A stretch of DNA of 64,000 bases from Anthoceros angustus (Eukaryota > Plantae > Anthocerotophyta), in NCBI GenBank assembly GCA_010909165.1, contig MU008231.1, positions 20,995-84,994 of the forward strand. Reading direction: 5' to 3'. Below, one piece after another: positions 12,600 to 24,431 of this stretch (position 1 is the first letter of the stretch; every line of letters starts with the position of its first letter). Below the pieces are notes generated by a model. It ran no database searches, had not been told where the DNA came from, and saw only the letters and a list, made by a program, of their open reading frames with translations. The position numbers and the translations under genes are program-made.

Positions 12600-14100
12600 C
12601 ATTCCTCCGAACTTCCCGAACTTTTATCAGGAAAAGGTCACTCCTTCTGGCGGACGTGGTGGTACTCTCTTGAAGTAACCATAAATCCCCTCTACATAAT
12701 CATACAAAGACTCCCCCCTCCTTCTTCGCAGAGTCCTCCACCGGGCCAACGTATGATGTGCATAGCACGCCACAAAATTGGTTCAAAAATACAATTCTCA
12801 AATCATCCCAATCCAGCAGTGATGTAGTCCCATACGTGCAACTATGACCTTGAAGCACTCTAGGAAAATTTCGGAGACAATTTGCGGTTGAGGCTTCCAA
12901 ATTCGCATGCGTCACATGTTCAAAAGTTTCCACAAAAGCCTCGGCATCTTCATCTCGTTGCTTCTCCCCAAATCTCATCTCCGCTGGTATGTGGGGTGAC
13001 CGACTCACCACCTCTACTTCCTCCACTCATGGTCGAGGCGTCCACAAAATTGTGGGCACATCCCAAGAAACTCCCACACCTGGCGAACAAATGCTGCAAG
13101 CGGATGTGCATACGACTTGGGCACAAGCGCATCTCCTTCTTCGCCCTCTGGTGTGTCCATCTCCCTAGGGCTTCTCCTCCTCGCGGCCTCATGGCGCCGG
13201 CTTGACCTCGCCAAGTGGGGGCCTTCCGTCGCTCAAAAGCGGTGCTCTCATGTCGTTTTGCTTCTTTCTTTGCCAACGTGTGGCCTCCACTTGCAGCCCT
13301 CGACTGCTCACCTTGAGGAGAATTCAGCCTCCTCCTTGCGCCCATGCTGGCGCCCTCTTATCCTCTCTCAGTTCCAGTTGTCCTGCTGCGGCTTTTCACA
13401 CTGCCTCCTTCTTGCTCATTTGGCCTCTGCTGGCAACAAGACTTGCTGATCAATTCTTAGACCGTCTACAACATGCTCACGTCCTCCTCCTTTGACCCAG
13501 GCCGTGGCAACCAACTCCTCGTCAGGAAATCGGTCATCTGTGGCCTCAAGCCGTTTTCAGTCGAGAAATAAGACCTTCATTCACATGTTGCTCCCCTGCA
13601 ACCTCTTCAACTCTACCATCTCCTCTACACCTAGGTACTTAGAAATCCTTGTTATCTTACCAGACTCTAGCTCCACGTCTTCTATAGCATCATACATTCC
13701 CTCGAACCGAACTTTTATCGGAAAGGTCACTCCTTGGCGGACGTGGTGGTACTCTCTTGAAGTAACCATAAATCCCTCTACATAATCATACAAAGACTCC
13801 CCTCTTCCTTGAGTGCTCCACGACCCAGCGTATGATGTGCATAGCTCGGCCACAAAATCGTTTCAAAACTACAATTCCCATATAATCCCAATGCGTGTGA
13901 TGTAGCCCCATCGTGCAACTATGACCGAAGCACTCTAGGAAAATTTGGAGACAATTTCTGAGGCTTCCAAATTCGCATCGTCACATGTTCAAAAGTTTCC
14001 ACAAAGCCTCGGCATCTTCATCTCGTTGCTTCTCCCCAAATCTCACATCTTCTGGTATGTGGGGTGGTGACTCACCACCTCTACTTCCTCCATGGTCGAG
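12600..14100 (-). pseudogene. Retrotransposon gag remnant, present twice through a ~1.1 kb internal duplication
   Basis: RFGEKQRDEDAEAFVETFEHV...WDDLRIVFLNQF (ORF 12700-13026), repeated at ~13850-14060. 11983-13030 resembles ~13090-14100. Confidence 0.7.
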
Positions 14101-14913
14101 GCGTCCACAAAATTGTGGGCACACATCCCAAGAAACTCCCACGGCGGTAAACAAATCTGCAAGCGGGATGTCTTGTCAGACTTGGGCTGGCGCCTCGATC
14201 CTCCCTAGCAATCGGGTTGAAAGGGCAGTTGGGCAATAATCGAACAAGACCTTGGAAAGCTCGGCCATTAGATCTCGTACCCCAACTTCTCCACCTGCCA
14301 AATCTCACCCTCTTGCCTTCCTCCTCTTACGACAACCAACTCGAGCTAGAAGAGCTCAACAATCCACGAAAAGTCCTCCTCTTGCGAACGAAGATGTACT
14401 TGAAATTACTAACCACTGGCTCGGATTCTTGACCCTCACCCTTAATCGAACTCCTCGGTAACAACCTCCTTCCTCTCGTCTGTCGTGAGCACAACCTCCT
14501 CCTGCTCTTAGACAACTACCTCTTCTTCCTCAACGAACCCCACGAAGATGTTAGCACATGTAGCTTCCTCCAAGAGCTCTCTCCTCCGTTTCTTCCTTTG
14601 CACATCGGCACTAAACTTTCTTCACACACAAGATTTCTCCGTCACTCACAAATCCTTTGCAGACAAAGCGGGGCGACCGCTCTACACGTAAATTACTTCC
14701 TTCCCTCCCCAACTAGACATCTGCAAGCATCCTCATGACCTCCAACCCACTCGTTAAGAAGGAAGCAAATCACACCTTAGTGTCTCACCATTCACCCCTA
14801 TGACAACTAGACGTGAAGTTCCTTCTTCACCAACATATGGTCAACCCTCGGTCCCTTCTCAAGCATTCTACCCTAGCATGGAAACCACAAAACTTCAAAC
14901 TTTCAACAACAAG

Positions 14914-14927
14914 TCCCGACAGCGCCA
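14914..14927 (-). promoter_or_regulatory. Primer binding site of element B (TGGCGCTGTCGGGA)
   Basis: Lies 4 nt inside the 5' LTR end, starts with TGG and is identical to the element A PBS. The cognate tRNA was not assigned. Confidence 0.85.
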
Positions 14928-14931
14928 AAAA

Positions 14932-17900
14932 TGTGGTAGGGAGAATCGGGCACTCAGGGTCCTCCCACTATAGCGGCCACACTTATCCCATCGCCGTCAG
15001 ACGCTTGGGGTTTCGTCCCATGAGACTTGTGTGAAAGTTCGAGGTCTTGTGCACCGCCACTGCGACACTCTCTTCTCAACAAGCAAGGCGCCCACTCCTC
15101 CTCACACTGCACCACTTGCCGCTCAAAAATCGCCAACCCTCGACCTACAACGACACTGTCCCGCCTCGTGCACGACCATCGACCACAGCGACGTCACGAC
15201 CGACCACTCACACCTACCCGCCTCGAAGCCTACCACGGCGCCTACCTGTTCACCGCGACCACTTAAGACCAAACTTGACCTACAACGACACAACACAATT
15301 GCGGTGTCCCTCGAAGAAGAGCCTACCACGGCGCCGGGGACCCCGGTTCACACCGCGATTTCGTCCCTACTTCTAAGACTACTCTTCTCCACTCGGGAGC
15401 GCTCTTTGCATTTGGGATTCGTCCCTTAGGCTCGCTGTGGCCTTCCACTAACACCTACACCTCTAATCCTCTACTCATCTTCTCATCTCCTCATCCTCTT
15501 CCTCCTAGTCTAACCTCTCACCTGGTTTCGACCGCCCTTCAAGACAACCGCCTGGGTCCGCCTCCACCAGCAAGTTCTTCCTTGGGCCGGTTGCTATGAG
15601 TTTGACACCAGACAGCGAGAACCTCCAGGGAGTCTTTCCCTGTAGTCTACCCTCAAGCCGAGAGTTCTCTGGGCATTTGCCACACACCCAAAGCAAAGCA
15701 ATTTCACAGCAACCATTCACAAGGGGAGCAACTCGTTTAGGCACTTGCAAGGAGCAAGTCCTCCACCAAGCACTCCGACCACCGCGACTTCCTCTCTACT
15801 GACCGTGTTGGCTCACAGCAGAAATTCCTCTGTAATGGCAAAGGACTCGATGAGCGTGAGCGCAAGACATGATACTTTACTTTGTGAAATCCTCCTCCTC
15901 TTATAGGAGGCCTTCCACATACAACCTCCCTTGGGTGACCCTCTGCAGTCACCTTTTCCAATATTCTATTATTTCCTACCGCCACATTTAAGGCTGGCAT
16001 CTAAGTCTACTCTCCTCTCAGTGCACCACTTGCCTTTGCCAATCAACCTCGACCCGACAAACAATTGCGGGTCACGCCTCGTGACGAGCCTACCACGGGC
16101 GCCAGGACCCCAGTTCACACCGCGATTTCGTCCCTACTCTGACCTACAGCGACATGACCTGCCTCGACAGCCTACCAGCAGACCCCACCACCTATGGGAG
16201 GCCACAATTCGGCGCCTACGCAGCCTACCCAGGACCCCAGTTCACACCGCGATTTCGTCCCTACTTCTAAGACTACTCTTCTCCACTCGGAGGCGCTCTT
16301 ACTTGCAGTTGGGATTCGTCCCTTAGGCTGCACTGGCCTTCCACTAACACCTACACCTCTAATCCTCTACTCATCTTCTCATCTCATCCTCTTCCTCCTA
16401 GTCTAACCTCGGTTCGCTTCTTGGTTTGACTCGCCCCCTGGCACTGCAGGGTCGCCTCCACCAGCAAGTTCTTCCTTGGGCGGTTGCTATGAGTTTGACA
16501 CGGGGAGAACCTCCGAGTCTTTCCTGTAGTCTACCCTCAAGCCGAGTTCTGGGCATTTGCCACACACCCAAAGCAAAGCAATTTCCAACCATTCACAAGG
16601 GAGCAACTCGTTTAGGCACTTGCGAGCAAGTCCTCCACCAAGCACTCGACCATGACTTCCTCTCTACGTGACATGTTGGCTCACGGCACGAAATTCCTCT
16701 GTAATGGCAAAGGACTCGATGAGCGTGGGCGCAAGACATGATACTTTACTTTGTGAAATCCTCCTCCTCTTATAGGAGGCCTTCCACATACAACCTCCCT
16801 TGGGTGACCCTCTGCAGTCACCTTTTCCAATATTCTATTATTTCCTACCGCCACATTTAAGGCTGGCATCTAAGTCTACTCTCCTCTCAGTGCACCACTT
16901 GCCTTTGCCAATCAACCTCGACCCGACAAACAATTGCGGGTCACGCCTCGTGACGAGCCTACCACGGGCGCCAGGACCCCAGTTCACACCGCGATTTCGT
17001 CCCTACTCTGACCTACAACGACACAACTTGCCTCCTCTTATAGGAGGCCTTCCACTAACACCTACACCACCTATGGGAGGCCACAATTCGGCGCCTACGC
17101 AGCCTACCCAGGACCCCAGTTCACACCGCGATTTCGTCCCTACTTCTAAGACTACTCTTCTCCACTCGGAGGCGCTCTTACTTGCAGTTGGGATTCGTCC
17201 CTTAGGCTGCACTGGCCTTCCACTAACACCTACACCTCTAATCCTCTACTCATCTTCTCATCTCATCCTCTTCCTCCTAGTCTAACCTCGATTCGGGCTT
17301 CTTGGTTTGACTCGCCCCCTGGCACTGCAGGGTCGCCTCCACCAGCAAGTTCTTCCTTGGGCGGTTGCTATGAGTTTGACACGGACGGGAACCTCCGAGT
17401 CTTTCCTGTAGTCTACCCTCAAGCCGAGTTCTGGGCATTTGCCACACACCCAAAGCAAAGCAATTTCCAACCATTCACAAGGGAGCAACTCGTTTAGGCA
17501 CTTGCGAGCAAGTCCTCCACCAAGCACTCGACCATGACTTCCTCTCTACGTGACATGTTGGCTCACGGCACGAAATTCCTCTGTAATGGCAAAGGACTCG
17601 ATGAGCGTGGGCGCAAGACATGATACTTTACTTTGTGAAATCCTCCTCCTCTTATAGGAGGCCTTCCACATACAACCTCCCTTGGGTGACCCTCTGCAGT
17701 CACCTTTTCCAATATTCTATTATTTCCTACACTTGACATTTAAGGCTGGCATCTAAGTCTCTTCGATCCTAGGTAAATTCTATTCTAGCAACTTCACCTA
17801 TGGCCACTCTTTAATGTTGCCAACCTACACCACCTATCCTTCCCATTCCCCAAAGCTCATTTATGGTCATTGACAATTCTCAGTCCTTATCTTGTGGCGA

Positions 17901-20900
17901 GCCTTCCCATTGGTCTTCTCATCCCCTTTTGCTTGGTCTTCCCCTCCCTCCCTCATGACTTTTGGGGCCAAAGTACTTGCCTCCCCTACCATCTCCTTCC
18001 TTCTTCTCGGGCGCGCCCGATTCCTCTTGCCATCCGTGCACCGCGCCTTCCGCGCACTCGAATGGCCCATCTTCTAGCCTCCACCCGACGCTCCTTCAAA
18101 GGGCACCCTACCGCGGTAGTCCGCGGATCATCGGGTAGGTGACTACCTACCATGGTAGTCCGGTCCCTATCTCCTTCCCTCTTCCTCATCGGTGATGGTC
18201 CACAGGGTTGAGATCCTTTTGCTCCTTTCCTATTGTTTGATTTGTCCATACCTATCATGGAGCATGTCTTCAAAGGTTCCTCCCCATTTCTGACCGATGT
18301 TGTCACCTCGCTAATTCCTCCGGGCCTTCTTTGCGTTGGTCTCCTCTCTCTGGCTCCTCCCTTATCCGTGGGGTGAGGGAATTTCACTCCCTTCCTGTCT
18401 CGGACCCCCGTCTTCCACCGGCATTGCTCCCACCACCTTATCATCTATCGGGGTGTTGCTGGATGCCCTTCCATCCTCAATCGGGCCTTGGCTGGCTCCC
18501 CTCGATCCCACGCCCTGGCCTAGTGAGTCGCGACTCACCGAGGTGGCACACCACGGTAGTCTGATCACTGCGGTAGGGTGGTCACCACCGTAGGTGACCC
18601 CTACCTTGCTCTGCGCCATCTCCTTCCTTTGGCGCCGAGGACTCATCCTCCTCTCCTTCACTTGTGGAACAAGTGACCTCCTTGCTCTGCACTTATGTTG
18701 GTAGGTTGAGCTCCTCTTTGTGATTTTCATTCTCCTAGGGAGACAACCTCCTCCTTAACATCTGTGGGGCCAAAGTACTTGCCTCCCCTACCATCGCTCT
18801 CCCTCAATAGCACTTGCATCCATTGCCTCCTCCTTCGCCTCTGTTGGTGCCCGCCCTGAGGTTCCCTGCGCCTCCCACTAGGTGTGGTGCCTTCTTCCCT
18901 CTGCTTTCCTTATGGCACTATGGGCTCCTCTCGCCATTTCTTCTCCAAACTCCTCGGAGTCCATATCGCTTGTGACCTCATCAAAATCTAAGGCCCCGGC
19001 TTAATGCACGAGGGCCTCCCTATCATCATCGTGTGGCCCAAGCATCCTCCTCTTCACAATTATTGTAGGCCTCCACACACACCATGCCCCAATATTTTTG
19101 GCAATGGGTTTACACTCCAAACTACCACCATGCGCTTCATGAGTTGGGGTTTCTTGGCCTTGAAACCCTTCACGGCATCCACACAGCTTCCTCCAGCCTC
19201 ATCCTTGCAGCTTGGCTCTTAGCAATCCCATGAGGAGAACAAACACCAAGCTAAGCACCAAGAACACTAAGGACATCCCTCTTAGAAGAAATTCACTCTC
19301 AAAACCAAGCCAAGGCACACAAGACCCAAGAAATTGGTGCCACAAGAAAGAGAACACCAAGAGGAGATGGCGGCATCACTCTTAAGAAGGCACACACAGG
19401 CGAGGCGCACACACAAGCTCTAGCTCACTCCCTCTGCACTTTTAGACAGGCCTCAGGTCTTCTCATGCGACAATTATAGCAGAGCTCCTAAATTGCAGCC
19501 ATAGATTTGAGTGGTTGTTGCAAGCATGTGGCCATATCCCATCCATTATTTGCACAGCCATAACCTCTAATTTCTATCGTAGCCATCAATCCCCACCATG
19601 AATCTAAGGATCCTTTCCATCCATCTTGCACAAATTCAAGACCCTAGTTGGTTTGCACCAAGAAGGCTCTTAAGTCATCAATCCTTCAGCTCTTGTGCAA
19701 GAGCAACATTCCCTGCATCTCCTTGGCCCTAGGCGCTCCCATAGAGACCATCCTACCCAGCAAAACCCAAGAAAAAAGCTCAATCCTCAGCCTCCAAAAT
19801 CCGTGCGCCGGGCCGCGCCTGCAACTCCCTACTAAGAACTTTCCCAATCAGCTCCCGTGTGTCTTTTGCAAATATAAGTTGATACTCCTCACACAAAAGG
19901 CACCCCATCTGAGCGCTGATCCACCCATAGGACGCTTAACTCGAGTTCTTATACCCCCACGTCCAACACACCAAGTTCCCTTCATGCACATTTTGCCAAA
20001 TACATTTTACTCATTCGTTATTGAACTCCTCACCAAGCTCCTTCTCCACGTTCCTCCTTAGCGAACTCCTTCACCAACTCTCGAATCAGCCTACCTTGCT
20101 GCCCAATTCTCCTCGCGGCCACCACAACGACCTCCCTTCACACCTACTTGCAGCCCAACTGCGAATTTTGCCTTCATGATGCACACCCCGTTGCGATTCC
20201 TTCACCATATTGCAGCCCATCCGCACCGCCTTCCTGTGCCACCTCCATCTTAGCCCCAAATTCAGATGAGAGCTCTACCATGGCCTCTCCTAGTTCGACA
20301 CGGCCCTATCATGCCATCCTCACATCATTACTCCACTGCAAGTACTTCCACATGCGACCGCCATGGCCTCCTCTTGCAAATGACTAGCATTTGGTGCACC
20401 ATAACTTCAGCTCTCGTCTTCTTCATCCTTCGCCTTGGCCTGGCACCCCTCGCAACATGTGCTAGGCACTCTCCACCCCCTTCCTGGTAGAGCTGCCCAC
20501 CTACCAACGTGCTGCCTACCTACGGTCTTTGGGTAGGGCTATAGTGGGTACCCCACTCACCCTTGTACGTGTTGTTCCTATCACGGTAGGGTGTGCACCT
20601 ACCATGGTAGGCGTCTCCCTATACACCATTTGGCCCTATCCGGCTGCATCTCTTGAGCTCCTCCGGGGCTCGCTCATGGAGGTTTCCTCCTCCTCGGAAG
20701 AACCCCTCGGGTTCTACCACGCTTCCTCCTCTTCCTTCGCAGTCCTCCAGCCTTGATGCAGCGCTTGACGATGCTTGTCCTCCAGTGTCTTCTTCAACAT
20801 AAAGGCAATGGTCTTTCCATGCTTGGCCGAGATGGACAATCTTGAATGGATGCCAAGAACCTTCCAGCTCCTTGCACACACACACACCCGGCCTTGACCT

Positions 20901-21777
20901 CGCCCTTGCTCACAATTCCTCTTATACCCTTGCTTTTCCCGCACGAGTTTCCAATTGTGATTTGAAGAAGGAATTCTCTAAGCGTTCACTGATTCTTACA
21001 TCTTCTCCAGCAAGTTGAGAGTCCCTTCTAATTTCTCTCTTCAATTTTGACATGCCTTGCTCTTCCCAACACTCCTTTGGGCTTGGGCAAGCATTGCCTT
21101 CTTCCTTCCACCTCCTTCCTTCCTTCTTCTCTTGTTGCACCCCTCTTCTTCCTCGGATATCCTCTTCGCTATCGCACGCATCGCATACCTGTGGGGCTCT
21201 TCTACAGACTCTTGGTGTGGCGCCTTCCTGCAGTTGGCGCTTCCTCACCTTCAAGTTGTGACCTCCTACACACAGATTATAAAGATAACTTGGGGTTATG
21301 GTAACTACCAATCTACTCGCCTTGGATATGCACCACGTGGCACCTTTTCTACAGATTGATTGGAGTTTCCCAATTCCTCTTATACTAAGATACTATTTCC
21401 CCTAGTTTCCTAACGGCCCAATCTAGCTTTTAATTTCCTATTGACCCATTTATCTAGTCCACTATTGGTGGGCATATATAGTGGATATCTCCCTATCCTA
21501 ATTTCCCTTTTGTCCGAGATCTCCCTAGTCCGCCTACCGGTAGTCCGCCTTTCTCACCCCACCTCGAGGTTCTCGTCTACACCCTACCCTTCCGCCTCTG
21601 GGGGTCGTTTTGACCCGTTCTTCTTCCTCGGATATCCTCTTCCTAACAATATCCTACAACTCCAGCTTCAAGATTCTCGGGAATTTCTGCATGCTCCTCT
21701 TCAATCGTTCCTAGCCAAAAAAAATCAAACTTGTTGCCTTGGCTCTTTTGGCCGTTGCCCAAACTTTATGCTCCACA
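14932..21777 (-). repeat. 5' LTR of element B (6846 bp, expanded by internal tandem duplications)
   Basis: Same sequence as 4806-9975 plus extra copies of a ~0.9 kb block between ~15330 and ~17750. Confidence 0.9.
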
Positions 21778-22401
21778 CCTAACCCTTCCATCGCCTCTCA
21801 TAATCGACATCAAAAGGGATTGTAGGTGCATCTCCGCCTCCCGCCGCACATTCTAAGGAACCGATACCTCAAATCTCGAAAGGTTGCCTTCCTATTGTCC
21901 TCAAGCATTGTCTACCACAACAGTTTTGCGAAAATCACGTAATACGAACCTCTTCACATTTCATCTCGTGCACTTTAGATTGCCGTCACTTGGGCGCCTA
22001 CGTGGTGGTCCATGCTCGATAAATGATTCGGACCCGGCTTCAAATTGTATGTACGCCTTTGGAGGTGGATGTTCAAATGCACCGTCATCCGAGTCCTCTT
22101 CCTCCACAACAGTTCCACCGAACGTGCCAGCAGTGGAAATGTATCTTCTAGATACAACCGGCCTCAAAACCGAGTTGGCATTCACCCCAACTAAGCGGCC
22201 ATATCCGACCGCGGTCGTCCGGCGTGGAGCACTTCCCAAAGGAGTAGTCTTGTGGATGGCCGGAATGTACGGCGAGGCCTGTCCTGGCGGAGAAGGACTT
22301 CCGTGAATGGAATCCAACATACCGAAACGGCGGTGTGTCGGAATGGATGCGCTTATCGGCGGAAGTGGTGGAGGCCGTGCACCGCAGATAATAACACACA
22401 T
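21778..22401 (-). pseudogene. 5' part of the unit 1 transposase gene, on the far side of element B
   Basis: The CCTAA TSD joins 21778-21782 to 4801-4805, so this sequence was contiguous with the transposase 3' part. ORF 21961-22401 is on the same strand. No diagnostic motif was seen in this piece. Confidence 0.45.
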
Positions 22402-22929
22402 CCGGAATCATGTTCAAGAGCCTTTGAATGCAATCGATTTCGCACGAGTTTGCACGACGACCTTCATCTACTTCTCCTCTTCAACTTGAATACCTTGACG
22501 CCGATAGGCATTTCAAGCTGGGAACCGCGCCGTTGATGCCTCTGACCGGAGTGTTGCATATCGGGAGGAATCTCGCGTTCTGCCCGACCGATAGCATCCA
22601 AGTCCTTTGACTTCAAGAACTCCTTCCACTGCTTCAACATCGGCAAATTTTCAAGAGCTACCTGTGCATGCGAGGGAAGAACTGCACTTTGAATCAAGAT
22701 CAAAGTCACACCCACAATTATAGACATGTGACATAAGGTGGTACCGTGTGGTGTTGGATGATTTATAATTGCGACTCGATGGATGATGGCGAACGGTTAA
22801 TCGATGGACCTTGAATGAGAGTGCACCAATGCCTTAGAAAATGATGGCATAAGATGAGGTGGATGCATCGAATTTGTAATGGGCCTATTTTAGGCATTTG
22901 AGGTTAAATGAATGATGACCGTGTTCGGA

Positions 22930-23440
22930 CTCAACTGCTACAACTTCGAGCCGCTTTTAGAATTCAGTGTGTTAAGGCTTTATCGTAATCCCGCTGATGC
23001 GCTTCAAACATCCATATTTCATTTCCACGTAAGCTCGAGCCTCCTTTTCATCAAGAGTTCGAGAGTCCGGACACTAATTCTCTTACTTCCTCCCGCCAAC
23101 TTCCCGCATGCAGGTTTTGAAGATTGCAGGATGGTGATCGCGAGGACGCCACGGAGCAATAAGCATGCAGATCGACCCCGCTGCTGGAGGCGCCGCCACG
23201 CATCGAAGCTGGAAAAATGCGGCTACGCAAGAGCAGCAGGATCGCAAGGGCGCAGACTGATGAGGGGATGCATCCCCGCGAATGTAACAGAACCCCACCG
23301 CTATTATGCAATTGAGAGAATCCTCTCATGGTAGTGTCCGGACGTCCACCTCAAAGGGTACTCAACGGAGAGGATATGAAGACATTGATGGCCGAGGGAG
23401 CACCAACCTCGGTGGAAATGCAACAGCGATTCCTCATGCT
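22930..23440 (+). pseudogene. Degenerate chromovirus-type integrase tail with chromodomain-like remnant
   Basis: LYRNPADALQTSIFHFHVS resembles YRLxLP..IHPVFHVS. YYAIERILS..KGTQ..RGYEDIDG..TNLGGNATAI resembles a chromodomain. Confidence 0.4.
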
Positions 23441-23972
23441 TTTAACTTTGTGGAGCAGGTGAAAAAGCTCCGTGATTCTCTTCCAAGCGGTACAACATGC
23501 ATAAAGAGTGGAGCGTTGTTGCGTAAGAAGAACTCAAGATCCAGTCGCCTTGGATTCCACCATCGGCCTTATGGATTAACGGTTACAATGGTATTGAGGG
23601 GATTCCTGCAAGAGTCGGATGGATTCTATAACAAAGGACTGAATGGGCGAAGATATGCACATACGCTTTTGGTCACCAAGAAACCTCATTTGCACATAAA
23701 CGATGACATCAACACACATCTCCTCACGATAATGGATGCCAAGATAATGCCTCGTCTAGAGCCCAGTTGAAATCGGCCTTATGTGATTCCAAAAGTGTTC
23801 AAGATGTAAGTCGCTTGTATGTCACCATGTATCACTTCCCATTTTCGCTAGGGTTTCGCCGCACGCTGGTATACTCATTGTTTTCCTCTTTAAAATGAAT
23901 GGGGAGAACAATTTTGCCGCTGTTTCTACCCGCCACCATCAAGGTGTCAAGAACAGAGGGTGATCGACGCCG

Positions 23973-24431
23973 GTGATCGGGCAGCAGGCGGCGACGCACC
24001 GCCGCGCTATCAGCGGGCTGGCTGTGTGCGCATCAAACGATGCCCGGATTATGCAACCGGAGATGGAGGAGGACGAGGTTCCGGGTGCCGAGCCGAGCCT
24101 CCGGAAGAGGAGGAGCGCCTCGCCTCGTGGTCCGGCGCGAGGCGAGCTCGGACGAGGCCCCATGGCTCGCAACATGTCCAGCCTTTCTCTAACTGAGGCT
24201 TTTGAGGAGGAGGTGACCCTCCTCGTCCGAAGACGAGGCCGGCAGCGCACTGTGAAAGAAGAAGAAGGAATCAAACTGCCCAGTCACCAAGTGAAGATGA
24301 GAAGGCGAATGGTCAGTAAGAATGCTCCTGCCTTCTCCGCCCGAATTAACCCATGTAAGAATTGAAGCATCTTGTTTTGATTTCCAGAGAGCACACCAAT
24401 CAAGCGAAAGAGGAATGCAAGATCTCAGTGT
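23973..24431 (+). pseudogene. Probable low-complexity N-terminal part of the unit 2 ParB-methyltransferase gene, cut by element A
   Basis: ORF 23973-24365, then STPIKRKRNARSQ up to the LTR. This can continue as (S)GDGEEVGRGRKKLRK after 38847. A possible GT-AG intron lies at ~24316-24388. Confidence 0.35.

Larger units (their letters stand above)
4806..21777 (-). mobile_element. Ty3/Gypsy LTR retrotransposon B (~17 kb): gag, putative protease and integrase, no recognisable RT/RNase H
   Basis: TGTGG...CCACA termini. 5-bp TSD CCTAA at 4801-4805 and 21778-21782. Long direct repeats 4806-9975 and 14932-21777. PBS at 14914-14927, PPT at 9976-9988. Confidence 0.92.
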
